DNA from: a virus
IMG/VR virus record: IMGVR_UViG_3300023184_003735
Coordinates: 60,184 to 124,183 of that record
Direction: 5' to 3' (one strand)
Length of the DNA: 64,000 bases
The position numbers were made by a program, and so were the translations under genes. The notes below the pieces were generated by a model. The model did not search any database and was not told where the DNA came from. It worked only from the letters and a program-made list of their open reading frames with translations. Positions 63,870 to 64,000 of the stretch are shown one piece after another (the first letter of the stretch is position 1; each line of letters opens with the position of its first letter).

Positions 63870-64000
63870 TTAGTCCTTGATTGTGATAGTTCTTAAGTCT
63901 GGATAATCTACGTGTTGTGGTTCAGGGCAATGTTCTTTAAGACCTTCCAACAACGCCAAGCCTTGCACAGCGTCTTCGATACTGGGCCTGTAATGGTATC
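63870..64000 (-). CDS. C-terminus of a probable DegT-like aminotransferase (partial)
   Basis: YHYRPSIEDAVQGL...DYPDLR* reading frame, cut by window edge. Confidence 0.5.
   Translation of the reverse strand, partial: YHYRPSIEDAVQGLALLEGLKEHCPEPQHVDYPDLRTITIKD

Noticed and set aside
1-64000. Stop-codon reassignment or suppressor tRNAs
   Set aside because: Genes are full length in the standard code, all three stops are used and no CTA/TTA/TCA anticodon was found.
1-64000. CRISPR array
   Set aside because: No regularly spaced direct repeats seen; repeats present are promoters, tRNAs and paralogous genes.

Overview
64 kb of a large dsDNA bacteriophage genome (T4-like/jumbo type). The host is probably a proteobacterium, possibly a betaproteobacterium, inferred from the tmRNA tag, AhpC/AhpD and Bug/DctP genes. 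Standard genetic code; no structural genes in the window. Contents: (i) glycan and sugar-modification islands (1-13.5 kb, 45.5-52 kb, 54.5-62 kb) with a carbamoyltransferase, amidinotransferase, DegT aminotransferase, Gfo/Idh/MocA, epimerases, methyltransferases, an Asn-synthetase-like amidotransferase and six paralogous 'TEK' glycosyltransferase-like genes; (ii) thyX, a MoxR AAA + vWA-metallopeptidase pair, a phage RNA polymerase omega subunit and ahpC/ahpD; (iii) 27 CCA-encoding minus-strand tRNA genes covering all 20 amino acids, with an HNH insertion, several long-stemmed structured RNA cassettes and a circularly permuted two-piece tmRNA whose intervening segment holds a ~122-aa ORF; (iv) a carboxylate uptake/metabolism cluster; (v) T4-type RNase H and folE/queD/queE. 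Most striking: two leaderless, codon-diverse leader peptides coupled to antiterminator/terminator hairpins directly upstream of the tRNA blocks, a candidate attenuation system sensing the whole tRNA pool. All calls were read by eye without searches or folding software; several starts were moved from the ORF track to the more plausible downstream ATG.
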